The notes beneath the pieces are model-generated. The model was not told the origin of the DNA. It saw only the letters and a program-made list of their open reading frames with translations, and did not search any database. A program made the position numbers and the translations under genes. From Puccinia triticina (Eukaryota), in assembly GCA_026914245.1 (NCBI GenBank), contig CP110440.1, forward strand, positions 682,001 to 746,000: DNA of 64,000 nucleotides, written 5' to 3'. This document shows positions 13,462 to 31,086 of the stretch, in pieces (the stretch's first letter is position 1; each line of letters opens with the position of its first letter).

Positions 13462-14486
13462 TCAGATCTTTCCGGCCAACAGGTTCCTGATTATTTCACG
13501 AGCAGTGATCCTAATGGTATGATAAACGGTGATCAAGTCAAAGGTAGACAAGACCGAATCGGCCAATCCAAACGGTAACATTGGGGGAATCCAACCTGTC
13601 ATACATTGTATTTGTTTTTGTTTTTGTTTTTGAGGGCGGGAAGATATCAAAAAATTAGATCAAATTAACCATTTTCCAGTGATGGTTTTTATGTTTACAG
13701 CTAGGTGGCAGAGAAAAAGACCAAAGCGTACCCTGAGCTAGTTCCAGAGCCCAGCACCCATCATCGGGCATCTTGTACTGTTTCACTTCACCTCTTTTGA
13801 GGTGGTGAACCGAGCCCTTCTTGTAAACTTCAGCTTGCAAGCTACCTGCTGCGAAAGCAGTCTGTTGGCCAGAGAGGATATGAAAGTAATCGTCGGCAGT
13901 ATGGCGGCCACTATGACCTTCGGTTCCGATCGGGGTTCCAAAGATGATCAGATACTCGGTAATGGAGGCGTGGATGATGTACATCGCACCCATCGCGCCG
14001 CCGGCATTGTTGAAGACCCATTCTGACGGGTAGGGTGACGCGCTTTGGGTGGGGTCGGGGAACGGGTTGGCGGTGATGTGCGCCTTGAGTTTAGGTTGGG
14101 ACTCGAAGGTCTTGATAATGTGGTGGACGACGCTCGAAGTCGAATTGGGGTATCGATCGATGGCTTCTAGGGCGATTTGATGGACCTCGGTGGGATCAAA
14201 TATATACCATCGCGACTTAACAAGACGAACAGGTGATGGGCCCACACCAAAGCAAACTGAGGTGCATCAGGGATCACAAGCAGGTGTCTCGAGAAGTGAG
14301 TTTCAGACAGACCTTGATTGCATCCGCCCAACGGTAGACCCCCAGAAAGACGGCACTGAAGATGGTCAGCAGGAGTGTCCGACGGGTGATTGATACCAAG
14401 GTCGAGGTTGGAGGCTGCTTCTGGATGTGAATTGCCTTCGGGCGCGAGCCGGACGCGACTCGGGGGCCGGATACAGATCGATTCAT
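13462..14486 (-). CDS. ERG2: C-8 sterol isomerase (ERG2/sigma1 receptor family), 3 exons
   Basis: Motifs EWVFNNAGGAMGAMYIIHASITEYLIIFGT, GHSGRHTADDYF and WALELAQG|WIPPMLPFG. Exons about 14486-14313, 14215-13732, 13595-13462. Confidence 0.95.
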
Positions 14487-15541
14487 GTCGGAGTTTGGAG
14501 CTATACGGATTCAGTTGGGGGGAATATGGTTGCAGGAGGCTGCTGTTCTCGCTGGTTGTTGATGGGGCTTTTGCTCCTACCGAGTCGGTCGAAGTGGCTC
14601 ATGACGGGGCAGGGCTGGAATCAGTGGATGGTTAAATATCTCCGGAAGCGGCAAGTCCCGAACTCCGCCAAGTCACGACGATTTTGGATATCTTCCCCCT
14701 CTAAACCAAGGCCATCGACGTTAGGAGGCTCAAGAGAACCATGTGAAGGGCAACCAAAGCATCTCATCAAAACCCAGAGACTCTATTGCCAGTCTTCAGC
14801 TCATGGCGGCCGGCTCTGGAACTCTCCTGGCTGATTCTTGACCCTGAAGATTCGCATCGATTTCCCGATTCCCACTTTTAAATCAGCCCCAGTGCCCTTC
14901 AGGAGACAAGCTTGACATTTGAAACATCGGCATAGTCGCATGTCAAGGCCTTCTGCAAGAGCCTTGAACTGTATTTTTTCTAGCCATGCCGACCAGAACA
15001 TGATCTAGAATGTTAGAAAAATACACTCTAGACTGCAAACGTTCATGACTTTCACGCATCAAAACAACTCCAACGTTTGTAATTCCTTGGGGGCCCGGCA
15101 ATGACTCCGGGCCTGTGATGTTCGACGCGACGCTGGACCAGGGTGACTGGCATACGTCTCACTGTTCAGGCCGGGCCACCGGGAGTGCCGGAGAACGGCT
15201 CGATAGTGGATTCCTCGTCATCCTTGCCTCGGCCCCACGGACATTCACCAACCGTCGCCCCGGAGAGATTGGTGAGATCCCGTGGCAAGCGAGGTTGCAA
15301 TTACTCTTCTACTTGTATTATAGCCATCCCACCGGGCAGGCATTTCCAATGTCTAATTAAAGGTTTTTCTTGAGTTGCGAAATAAATTTCAGATTTTCTT
15401 TCTTTTTGAAAGATTTACAACCAGGCGCAAAGCGAAATAGTAATACAATACATACAAACCATCTATGAAGCGTGGTCGAGGACAGCTGCTGGTCGTCGAG
15501 TTGGAAGACAAGTGCTGCGCAAAGTTTTGAGGTATTGTCGA

Positions 15542-18769
<3,228 letters not shown>

Positions 18770-20261
18770 GATACGTATCTGGCCTTGGCCGAGACTCGGG
18801 AGTGTTCGAATGCCAGGTCGATGGTCGATGGTTGGGCTGACACGTTGGTTGGCGGGGTGTTTGTCAAATTGTCCCTACCCGCGGCCTTCGAGGTGGCCGA
18901 GACATTCCTCAAACAGCCAACCTGAGCTTCATTTCATTCCGTCAATCCACGCGCATATATGCAACTTTGTTCAAGTTCAGTCTTGAACACTGAGTTGCAA
19001 AAGTGCATGCAAGCCACACCACACCCCCAAATCCTGCTTGAATGTTTTTTGGAAAGTTGGTGTTAAGACTTGAACACAAACTTGCAAAAGTACATGCAAG
19101 TTGTGCATGGCCAACTTTGAATCATCCTATCCAAGCTAGTTCGGCACAAAGCAGCAAGAACAATCAAAGGACCTCATGATGAAGGAGGAGGAAACACCCA
19201 CGGCCGCCGGCACCTCCGGGGATCATGAGCGTGACTCGGGCCCCACAGGTTACCGGACCGGTCATGAAAATTCAATCAGAACAACCAATCGGACCAATCG
19301 GTGTCACGCCTGTCACGCCTTGCCTGCAGTCATCAATCGATGACTGTACGAGTTCATCGCAGGTAGCGACAGCGTTGATTAGGCACTATGTGCTTTGGTC
19401 TTGTGCCACGCTGAGGGAACATCCGTCTAGGTGACTGGTCACAGTGTGTTTCCCAATCATCAAAATGCAAGGCCATGAGATGTGTGACAAGCTTGATTGT
19501 GCGGCATTGAGCCGGTGCGGATTCATAAGAGTCGGAAAGTGCGATGTAAATACCATCCTTATGTTTCCTTTATGCTCACTCACCAGATGGTACGATGACT
19601 GCTCAGTCCAATGATGCCTAATGATAGCTAATGATGCCATGTCCTGAATCCCGTCGACTCATCCAACGAGCTATCCTGTTATGGATGAGCTGGTCAGCCC
19701 AGCTATATATCGGTCAAGCCAAGCAGTTTGGGAAGTTCACCGTGCCCACCAACATTGGACACGCAAGGGGGGCATACGCGCTACCACTGATTGACTTTTT
19801 CGGATTTTCTCATCAAGAGGCGTGTACATAGATGCCTAACCCTTTTGAGCACACCAAGATTTCTGGAGTAAGGGAGAACGTCTGACCGTGCGTGGCGCTA
19901 CAGTCAATGTAAGTTTTGGCTCTCTTGCCTCGTGGGCTCTCGTGGGTCACCCTGCGAAGAGTTGTCGATTTCAGGCTTGGTTACTTGCGCAAGGTGGTCA
20001 CCCGCGTCTTGGATGCTCCTCAAAGTGAAAGTCAATGATTTTAACAGGGTCAAAGCCCAGTAAACCGATAAGAATATAACGAATCTGATCTCCTCTGACC
20101 GGAAATGAGCCCCAAAGAGTCCTTGAAATACCCCTTGATCCATTTCTGTCGTTTTTCTCAACACAAATCATCACTTTGACGCCTTACGAAGCTCTGTCAT
20201 CTCTTCCTTCCTTTGGATCCTTTAGATCTTCTATACTATTGACACCCGAGGCCGAAGATTC

Positions 20262-23028
20262 ATGATGGCCATCAACTCTGCCTCGTTCGTGGCCCTGTCA
20301 TGTCTATTCTCACTCCTTATGGCCTTTCCCATGCCAGATCCCCCCAACACTTCATCAAAGGGGTTTCGACTCTTTGAGGCCCATCAGGCGCCAAGATCCT
20401 TCACCAAAAGGCAGATTCCCCAGTCACATAAGCACACTCTCAACTTGAAGATCGGCCTGAAGAGTGGTGGCATGGATGTTATCAAGAAGAGGCTCGTAGA
20501 AACTTCTGATCCCCAGAGCTCGTCCTACGGCCAGCACTTAACTTTTGAAGAGATCAAGCATCTATCTGCGCCGAGTAGCTCTTCACTTGATGCGGTTAAC
20601 GAGTGGCTCTCCTCTCACGGCTTCGACGAGTCATCAATCGACTGGAGTCATAGTAAAGACTGGGTTACCCTCAACGAAGTACCACTACAGAAGGCAGAAG
20701 AAATGCTCAACACGACTTATTTTTACTATCAGCACGACGATGGCGAGTTGCTTTTGAGGACCGAACGCTACAGCTTACCGGAAGAAATTCACTCGCACGT
20801 TGAACTGGTTCAAGTTGGTGAAGCTCACTCCTCTTTTTCAACGTATTTTTGCTTATGCCTAAATGTTTGGTCTACTTTAACAGCCAACTACCATAGTAAG
20901 AAAGCCTTCTACAACCTTATCTCGGTTGATTCTGAGGTGTTAAACATTCTTTTTAATCCGTAGTTTGGAAGGCTGACTCCGAAGAGATCCATGACCACAA
21001 ATGAACCATCAAAGAAACGCAAACATAAATCCATACAGGTCACTTTTTTATGCTGATCTTAAGAATTTGGGACGTGAACTGAAGACGTATGGCATTTTCT
21101 CTTTCAGATTTCGAATACTCGGAGCAAGAGGAACTTCCAAAAGTTCATACCGCAGTCTTTGACGAATACCACAGCCTGTCTAGATCCTTATAGCGTCACA
21201 AACGCCTGCTTGCGCGAACTGTATCAAACCAATTCCTATCGACTTCAATGTAAAGGAAACGCCAATAGGATTGGAGTGACGGCATACATTGGTGAACGGG
21301 CGAACTTCGAAGATCTGAAAGACTTTTTGACAAACGAAGGCCTTCCCACTACCAACAACTTCACTGTCGTATCCGTCAATGGAGGCCTGAATCCTCAGAC
21401 TAATACCCTAGATGAGATTGTGCGTCATGTCGGTGTTGAGGTGAGTAATATTTGTTGCATGATTCGTATCAAAATTTTTTTCACTCAACCAAAATCGCCA
21501 CTTGAAAAGGGAAATTTGGACATCCAAACCACAATGGGTTTCACTGCCCCTATGCCCAACATTTTCTACACTACTGCCGGTACACCCCCTTTCAAAGCGG
21601 ATTTGTTCACCACCAGTAACAGCAATGAACCGTACCTGGACTGGCTCCTGTACATTGCGTCTCAGCCAGATTCAGCAGTCCCTCAAGTGATCTCGACATC
21701 CTGTTAGTTTCTCTTCATGATACAGCGTTGCTGTTATGAAAAATTGTGACATCCATTGATTTCTTTGTGTTTCCACAGATGGTGATGACGAACAGACTGT
21801 CCCCGCCAACTATGCTCAAAGAGTTTGTAATCAACTTGCTGCATTAACCGCTCGGGGGGTGTCCTTGATTTTTTCCAGCGGTGACGATGGAGTTGGTCAA
21901 GACGGCACATGCATGTCGAATGATGGGAAGGTGAGAAGCCATCCCAATTATTAGACTGGTGAAGCCCAGCTGACTCACGTGTTCATTGCAGAACACAACC
22001 AAATTTATACCCATCTTCCCAGCTAGCTGCCCTTTGTGAGCTCTTGCTGCCGCCTTCCACATTACCTTGTCATATCTGATTACAATGCTTTCCAGTGTTA
22101 CTTCCGTTGGAGCAACGCAAAATTTCCACCCTGAAGAAGCAGTCTCGGTTGATGGACCGGGCGGATTCCCTAGTGGAGGCGGCTTTTGTAAGCATATTAT
22201 CTTTATTTCCTGTTCTTCAGCAATAGGATTGATGGTACTCCGACGGTGCGGCTCTTCACGTTGATCATACCCCAGCCGAATACTTTGACAGACCTCAATA
22301 CCAATCTCAACAGGTCCAGAGCTATCTACAACAACTTGGTTCGAACTTCACCGGATTGTATAATCCGAAGGGACGGGGGATTCCAGACGTTTCGGCACAA
22401 GGGGCAAAATACTTAATGACGTGGCAAAAATTGCACGTACACGGTAAGCTGGTTTAGCCCGTTACGAGATTGAGTCAAAACCAGCAGAACTGACTACCAA
22501 AGGTTCTCTACATACATCCTCAGTCGGCGGTTCCTCTGCTGCGGCTCCGACTTTTGCGTCTGTCATCTCTCTATTGAACGACGATCGTATTGCTCGTGGC
22601 ATGTCTTCCCTGGGATTCTTGAACCCTTGGTTGTATTCAGAAGGATACAAGGCGCTGAACGATATTGTGATTGGGAGCTCTAGTGGATGCGGCACAACTG
22701 GTTTTGCTGCTGCGAAGGGCTGGGACCCGTGGGTCACATTTGTGCGCTTGCAATTCAGTTCCGAGGTTGACCCATTCTGGTCTCAATCTAGGGTTACTGG
22801 ACTTGGGACACCGAATTTCCCTGCGATGCAACGTGCGATGCCGCCCAAGCCATCTAAGACTACCCCAGCCCCAATTCCTGCCCGCGGAGTGAACTCTGAT
22901 TGCAAATCCAGCGTTATGAGGTCAGTCGAGCTGATCAAATGCTACAGGATATGAAGCGTTCAAACTGATTTTGTTTTCAAATCAGCTCGGTAAATTGTTT
23001 CTTAGGCTTTCGGATCCCTGGCTTTTAG
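20262..23028 (+). CDS. Secreted S53 sedolisin / tripeptidyl-peptidase, multi-exon
   Basis: Signal peptide, pro-kumamolisin-type prodomain (SDP.S..YGQHLT), [40 protein letters not shown] and GWDP.TGLGTP motifs. 3' end is 22954 or 23028 depending on a last intron. Confidence 0.93.
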
Positions 23029-23905
23029 TAGTAGCTATGCCTTTGCACATTTTTGACCTGATTTATTTATTCGCTTGGACGATCAACGATGAACAGTTTA
23101 TTGATCTTGCTCATTTGTATCTCTTTTATCTTATGACGTCTTAGTCTTAAAGCTGAATTTGATGTCTTTGGATACCAATAAGTTCATAAAAGCAGAACCC
23201 CAGGGGTGGAAACCACTTTGGAATCCAGAAAAGGTTTTGGAACAATTTATGAAAACAACCTGATCCCAATTCCTTAAGCTGAGGAGGGCTGATTTGAATG
23301 CGGCGCGCGTTCAAACTTAACTACGCCCTTCCAAATGGTAAAATTGTTCTTCTAGAATCTGCAGGGCAGATGTAACTAGTTCTCACCTGTTCCAACTCCT
23401 CAAGGCCCAAACATAAAAATTTATCAAATTGTGGCATGCACACCACCATGACAACCTTATTCGTTGACAAATGTGCAAATTACCGAAGTCGGAGCAATGT
23501 TTTTATGTATTCATGGCGTACATCATTGTGATTATATTTGCCTTAGCTCTGAGAACCTTCAATGTGGGCAATTCAGGCGCGCCATCATCACATGAATCAT
23601 GTAGTATGAGGTAGTAATACTGCACGCTCCAACCAATCCCTTGAAGGTATGCCATCAGAGGGGGTGAGCAGAAACTGGAAGGGAATTGTCTTGTAAGTGT
23701 ACTTTGCAAATGTGGAAAAAACCTTCAACATAATAATTGAACTTCCATACTAATAAATTACAAAATGAAGTAGAAAGAATTACATGAGGATGTCGAGGAT
23801 GAAGATGAGGATGAGAATGGGGATGATACGAGGATGATGCACATCATGAGAGGCTTTGAAATGAACAACAACAAGAAGACCGAAGAAAAGAAAAGAAGGC
23901 GAGGA

Positions 23906-26896
23906 CTACTGAAAGAGGACAAAGAACTTATGACGAAGAGCGTTAGCAGCAGTAATACGTTTAGTGCAATCGAGATCAAGGGTGCGCTTGAGGAGATCGA
24001 TGAGACACCAGAGTTCGGAGCGAAAGTACCAGGTTTCTTGGTAAGGATCAAGGTCCTGACCAAGGGTCTCAACGGCCGAGGTCAGCTCGCGATGTGCCTG
24101 GAAGATCGTCGTCGTCAGTCGCTCGATCCGGCCCTCCTCCGTCATCCCCGTCAATAACTGCTCGTGTCCGTTCCGGAGCAGCCGCTGTTCTTCGTATATC
24201 GTCGGGTTTAAGGTACGGACCAACGTGTGTAGCGAGCCGAAACGTGGCGCATTCACTTCGGGTATGTTACTGATCACCGTACGATCTACAGTTTGCATCC
24301 CCAAGGCCACAATCATAAATTTCTGGTGATATTGTATAAGTCATATGAGGAAACCCAACTGTGATGGATCGCCACGGCCTCTAATTTAGTTCGCCCGAAT
24401 ATTGTCGCGATCTCCATCAATGCATCCACGTCATCGTTCGAATTGAAGAACGGGAATCGGCGAGTAAGGAAGCATAGTAAGGTGACCCCGACCGACCAAA
24501 TATCGATAGCTGAAAAACATATAAACAAATTATTGTTCATCGTCTCAGAGGCGAGATATTGAGGTATTGAAGGATATGATAGGGTCACTTACCACCGGTT
24601 TGATCAGGACATTTGAAGAGTACCTCGGGAGCTCGGAAGCCCCGGGTACCAGCACGATTGGCTTTAGCGCTAGGTCTAGTATCGTCGCGTTTGAAACCGA
24701 CGCGATCGGAGGGATGGGGGGCATCACCAGTATTTTTGCGACGACCATATCCGCCGCCCCAAAGGCCGCCGATCTTGGTGACGGGTCTCCAAGCCTCATA
24801 CCACTCGAAGGAGGCCTCATTGCCCACCTCATCCTCGTCGGGCTCGGTGTCAAACGGCCGTCGCGCATAGATCTCTTTCCAGGCCGCCGTCTCCGTCAGC
24901 TCGCCGATATGCTCCAGAGGTCGACCTAGTTCTTGGGTGAAATTCGTCCGACATCGGGCTAGCTTCGCCCGCCATCGTCGCCATTGCTCCTGCATCTGGT
25001 CGAACGTCGGTTTCGGTTGGTCCATCAATTTCCCGTGAAAGTTGTCCTGCTTGGGTTCCGGTAAGGAATGCAAACACTTCCCATGCCAGTCATTCGGATC
25101 GAACTTTTCCGCCAAGCCAAAATCGCATAATACGCCCGTCTGGGAGTGGATATCAAATAGGAAGTTGGCAGGCTTGATGTCCCGATGAATTATTCCCTTT
25201 GCATGTGTATCTTTCAGCGCTGAGAATAAGCAGTATAGGTATTTCCTGATCATCGAGATTGGCGCAATCCGGTAGTAGTCCCGGAAATCTTGATGTTTTC
25301 GGTAGGGCATCACCGCTATCACTTGGTCCTCGTGTCGGATTGCTTGGATTAGATAGGCCACATATTCGGCATCCCTTTAATTCACAAATTTCCGCATACA
25401 CAGACATAGAAGGGAATAATCATATTGAGTATCCAAATTCTGATGTGCAGTGATTGAAAAAGAAATCCTTGATAGACTCACCTCAATTCTGCCAGTAGTT
25501 TGAGCTCGTTCCTGATACGGTACGGACTGGATGTCACGTAAATTCTTTTGAGGGCCACATACACGTTCCCATTAGTTTTCTTTCTAGGTTTGAAGTTGTT
25601 GTGATTACTAGTAGACTTGTAAGCTGTTGGAAGCTTGCCGGATTCGAGCGCGTGTCTCTGAAGGGTTTCAGTGAATTTATTCCGAGCCTGGTCGCCAGCG
25701 GAGGCGTCGAAGGGGTCATCGGAGGCGAATGGATGATAAGGGGGGTAAAAGTTTTCGACGTTTTCTTTGAGAGATCTGGTGTTAGATCGCGAGGAATGGT
25801 CTCCGATGACTGAGCCAGAGCAGGAGGAAGTTGAGGTGGAGGGATGGAAGCGGGTGTCGGAAGAGGTCATTGGTGGAGCCTCAGAGACTGGCTCTTCCGG
25901 CGCCCACAGCGAGTTGTCGTAGAGATGGTGGTGCAGGTCTATCGCCTTGTAAACCGAGGAGAACGTCCCTTCGCCCAGTCTGTCGAGTAGATGGTATGAG
26001 GTCTTGAGCAAGGGAACTGACTGTTCCAGGTCCTGCAGTTCGAGTGCGATCGCGGCCAGTTCAGCATCCGTGCGATTGTCAACCGACTCATCATCGTCTT
26101 CTTCTTCTTCTTCTTCTTCTTCTTCGTCCTCTTCATTTTCAATCTCTTCTTCATCTTCGGGTATCTCCTCTATGTCTGCGTCATCTCTATCTCCCTCCTC
26201 CTCCTCCTCCTCCTCCTCCTCCTCCTCTTCTTCTTCTTCCTCCTCCTCCTCATCTTCTTGCTCATCCTGCTCTTGGTCTCGATCGACCATCATTTCATCT
26301 TCCGAGTCTTCCTCTTCTCCCTTCGCCATGGGAATCTCGTATGCTTCTTCTTGGTTCGCTATTGGAATTTCGTCCTCTAGCTCCTCTTCGTTCGCCATAG
26401 GGATTTCGTACTCTAGCTCTTCTTCGTTCGCCATAGGGATTTCGTACTCCAGCTCTTCTTCGCTCGCCACCGGAATTTCGTACTCTAGTCTTTCTTCGTT
26501 CGCCATCGGAATTTCGTAGTCCTCGTAAGAGTGTCTACTACCATGCTCATCTTGGTCGGGAATCTCATCGTCGACGTCGGGCGCGCTGCCTAGCTCTATC
26601 TTTCCCTGGGTTTTATCATTTTCTTCGTTCCCCATCGGAGTTTCGTAGTCATCAAAGGAGTCTCTAGCATGCTTGTCTTGGTCGGGAATCTCGACATCCA
26701 CGTCTGGCGCGCTACCGTGCTCCATCTCCAGCTCCTCGGGTCCTTTATCGTCCGGCGGTCTGTACTGGTTCGCGCCAGGCGCGTCGCAGATTAGCTCATC
26801 GTCTTCAATCGGATCCATGTCGCGAGCCTGAGCGTAGGACTTCTTCAGACGGCTGGGAGGGATTCGTTCCGGCGAGCTGGATGGCAATTTCAACAT
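23906..26896 (-). CDS. CDC7: CDC7 (Dbf4-dependent) Ser/Thr kinase with long acidic N-terminus, multi-exon
   Basis: LGEGTFSSVYKA, VALKRIYVTSSP.RI.NEL, HRDIKPANFL, DFGLA, ANRAGTRGFRAPEVLFKCPDQT and IDIWSVGV..RRFPFF.SNDD, with CDC7-typical kinase inserts. Likely ATG at 26896. Confidence 0.95.
26095..26720 (-). repeat. Coding repeats in the CDC7 N-terminus: GAG/GAA poly-Glu tracts and 36-bp EYEIPMANEEEL tandem units
   Basis: Directly visible tandem repeats. Confidence 0.9.
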
Positions 26897-29355
26897 AGTG
26901 CACCTAGCTGACTTGCTTATGTAAGAACATCTGAGAGTCTTACATAAGCAGGCCACCCGCGGCTGTGTCTGCATTCAGCTTCGACGCCCGATCTGCTCAG
27001 CCCGCAGTTGATGCCAATGCAGTCAAATGTCAAGGTCCTTGACTGCCCTTGACAGCTGCATCAAGGGGGGTCAGTCAGGAGCCCGCGAATCTATCCTCTA
27101 CCAGCCCAAAACGGGCACGATTATCCGTAGTCACTGGGAAATATTCAATTTCCCAATTGGTAACTTGATGGAAAAAAATAACATGATGGAAATGACGAAC
27201 AGACAGATTAGCAGTAATAAGCAACAATGATGGTCGTTGACTTTGACTCACACCTGGTTCCCCAAGTGGGCTAGCGGGGTGGGCCCATACACATTGTCAG
27301 CTTCCCAGCACAAGTTGGTGTTCACCGAGAGGCTCTGCAATTGTGCCGCAACACAATAAAAGAGCTGCCTCTTTCCCACCACGGCACAACCAAAACCTTT
27401 ATCTCATTTTCCACTGCACATTTCATTGTGGCCCGGAGCCATTCAAGTTTATATTTTACATCCCTTAATTTTTTCTTGATCCTCAGTAGTGTTTTGAAGT
27501 TGGTTGATTTGGCCTTTCCATACGTGTCCTCATTTACCAACATCTTGCCCTTCACCAACCCCCCCGTCCAGTTAAAGTCACCTACCTTCTGATTATTGTG
27601 GCCTTGCAAACCTTTTGCTATCTTCATCCACCTTTCCACCTCTATACAAATTTTCTTGATTGCTAGCCAATTGGCATGACAATTGAACAACCCAAGTACC
27701 CCCTTGTAAATGACATCTATGATGTTGTACCACCTCCAGTCACCTACAAGCTTCCAGCCCCCTCCAATAGCCAATTACCCCGGAACACCCTTCGAATGGT
27801 TCGACAACTTGATGTAGTGGCCGCGTCTTTTCCTACCAACCCTCACTTCTTCTCCATGCCGGGGAAGTCGCGCCAAGCAGCCAATTTGTTTGTTGAAGCT
27901 ATGCAGGCAAACCTCAGATGGAATTCCCAGAAGGAGGTCAATAACACCAACAAAACAGCACAGCACAGCACCTCGCATCAGTATCATTTCCGGTTAGATT
28001 ATAGCTGCCCACGTCGCGGAAAACATCATCCTCCTCTGAACTCTCGCAATTCAAAGGCAACAGCAATAAAATGTGGTTGCCGGGCTCGCTTCACGATCCT
28101 ACATCATGTGGATACGGATACTCTGCGGGTCGAGTGGCATTGGGACCACAATCACAACCCATACTCAGCCGATGAAATGCAGATTACTCGCTCGCCGCTG
28201 GTAGTCGACAACTGGTTGAAGGACAAGGTTCAATCTGGACTTGGATGGAAGGAGATTTGACCCCTTCTCAAGGCACCCGAAATATCTCCTGTTTGTCCTC
28301 TCTTGCTCATCCGCAACAAATATTGATTGACTGATTTTGATTTTCTGTGTCCAGCTGGACAAAGATAGACTTGAGGCAGAATGTCGCAGGGTCAAATACG
28401 ACCGTGTGTGGAGCTTGATTGCAACCCATACCAAAGTGGATGCAAGGATGGACAAAAACATATTTTGCTCGCTTGTGCGCTGGGGTGAACGACTGACCAA
28501 GCAAGGTTGGCACATCTATACACCAAACCTGACTGACTCGGCCAACTTTCTTTTTGTCATGCAATCATCCTGGCAGCGAGAAATGATGCTACAGTACGGG
28601 AGGAGTATTATTATGATTGATAGTACTCACTGTACTGTGTCAAACTTCTTCCTTTCAGATGGGAGGAAAATTGGTCTGTACACTGTGATGGTGGGCAACG
28701 CGGTGGTTGGTAAGGGTCTGTTGGTCTGCTGGGCTTTTGCTGCCTCAGCTGCTACGTAAGTTTTTGTATCAGTCAGCTTAACCATGTACTTACTGAGTTT
28801 TTTGATGTCAATTTTCCTCACAGTGAACCGGTTGAGTGGATTTTGAGATGGATCCGCAACTCAACTGGCCTGATTCCCCAAACGGTCATGAGTGATTGTG
28901 CCGTTCTGATTCGGAACGCAGTGCAATCCGTATACCAGGACTTGGGGCCTCTAGCACCACAGCACAACTGGTGCTTGTTTCACGTCCTGAAAGCATTGAA
29001 AGGGCAGGCCGTATCATATCTACACGCCCGGGCGACAGAGGCGGAGGCTGAGTTTTCCAAGATTTTGTACTCAACAACGGATCCTTCACCAATGATGACA
29101 GAGTACCTGGCCAAGTGGGGACAAGTCAAATCAGAATTTGCAAAGTATGTCAAGAAGCAATGGGTTCCAAACATGATCCATTGGGCACACTTCTATCAAA
29201 CTGTAAGTGTATTATTTTACCACATAGGCGGTGTGATGTCAAACATGCAAGCTCACTAGGGTTTCTTCTTAGACTGCCCACCAAGGAATTAAAACCAACA
29301 ATTATGTCGAAGCTTGGCACCGGGTGCTCAAGACTCAATACATCCCGCCGCCCGA

Positions 29356-30153
29356 TGAGGGACTCCTGTCCGTGCTAAGCGGCGGCAGTCGTGTGAGGGG
29401 AGAAGTGCTGTTTAGGCTGCCCTCGTGGCGGTGGTCCGTAGAGATGAGCGCTGAAAGGAATCAGGATAGCTGTGGTGTTGGGGGTGGTTTTGAGATGTTC
29501 GCCGGGGTTTTGGATCCGCGGCGGCGGTTGTTTGTTTTGAGGGAGTCGGGGATTGTGATCTTAAGGAAGAAAGGAAGGGAACTGAGACTTTTGATGAAGC
29601 GTGATCGGCGGGTGGAGCCCGAAAGTTTGAACTCTGATGATCTGATCTATAAACTCCGGATGGACCGTATTCTGGGGATCAGAATGCCATGGCCACCCAT
29701 CATCCAAGTTCAAGCTGAACTTGGACTCCGGGTGACATGTCACATACATTTCATCACATCCTCCGCGCGCTACACGCGCGCACACACAAAACAGCAGAAA
29801 GAAACCAACAAAGAAGCGGAGAAAAGAAACAGCACAAAGGAAACTAAAAGAAAACACAGCATGAGGAGACAGAAAGAAAAGATCCACTGAGAGGGAAGGA
29901 AAAAAGAAAAGAAGAGATAGGCGGAACAAACAGAAAAAGGAGAAAACCAGAAACAAACAAGGAAATAAACCCACAGCAGCCGCTGTGTTAGGACCAAGAA
30001 AAATGAAGGGTGATGGGGACTGAGAAGGAGAGGAGAGATGGGGAGAGGTGAATTCTTGAGTCTTGAGGGGTGAGAAGGGAATGGAATCTTGATCTTGATG
30101 TTGCTGGCGGCGGTGATGCTCCTGACTAGCTGGCCACGAGAGGGACCACCACA
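29356..30153. mobile_element. Solo LTR of a family related to the Gypsy LTR at 57981-58821
   Basis: TGAGGGACTCC...ACCACA termini; 4-bp TSD CCGA/CCAA; removal restores MULE YIPPPEKRRIDE; shares CCAAGTTC..GCTGAACTTGGA. Confidence 0.75.
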
Positions 30154-31086
30154 CCAAAAAGCGCCGAATTGACGAAGTTGTGCAGATCTTGTGTCACAAT
30201 GTTAAAGTGACAAATCGGAACAAACACAACAGCGTTGATTGCAGCTATAAGGCTCAAGTTTTCAACAAATTTCAAGAGCGGTCGAAAAAGCTTGCTGATG
30301 GGTACACTATTGCGGCATTGACAATCTTGGGGTGCACATTTTTTCTTTTCCTGCACTGCAAGAAAAACTCTAGAAAATGCTTGCAGTTGAGATGCAGCAA
30401 GCTTGAATCAAGCCTCAGCTCAAGCTGGAGTCAAGCACCCAAATTCCATGCTGTGCACCTTCAGTGTGTACCTTGTTCAGCATCTCATTGCTTAACATGC
30501 TGTAGTGCTCATGCAGTAGGCTGAGACAAATGTTCAACCTTGCAAATGAACATCCCCCTGAGCACCCTTTTATTTTATTTTAGAAAACACTCCATGTGCC
30601 ATTGAATCCAGCCAGAATAACATAAAAAGGGTATGTACACATGAAAGGGATATGTACATCTGAGAAGAATATGTATGCATGAAAGGGGAATGTGAGAAGA
30701 TGTATTAACACAAAGAAGGGATATGTACACATGATGAAAGGGGTATGCATGCATGAAAGGGTTATGTATTCATGAAAGGGGTATGTATGCATGAAAGGGG
30801 TATGTATGCATGAAAGGAGTGTGTGCAGTAAGCGGTATTTGCACATGAAAGGGATATGTAAACATCAAAGGGGTATGTAAACCTCAATGATGAAAGGGTT
30901 GAAAATGATGTAAAAACCTCAAAGGGGACATGTAAACATGAAAGGGTCATGAAAGCATCATGAAAGGGGTATGTACACATTGTGAAAGGGATACATGCAC
31001 ATGAAAGGGATACACGCACATGAAAGGGATACACGCACATGAAAGGGATACACACACAAAAGGGATACACACACATGAAAGGGGTA

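Noticed and set aside
26004..26519. Poly-Ser and poly-Pro plus-strand ORFs
   Set aside because: Antisense shadows of the CDC7 acidic repeats.
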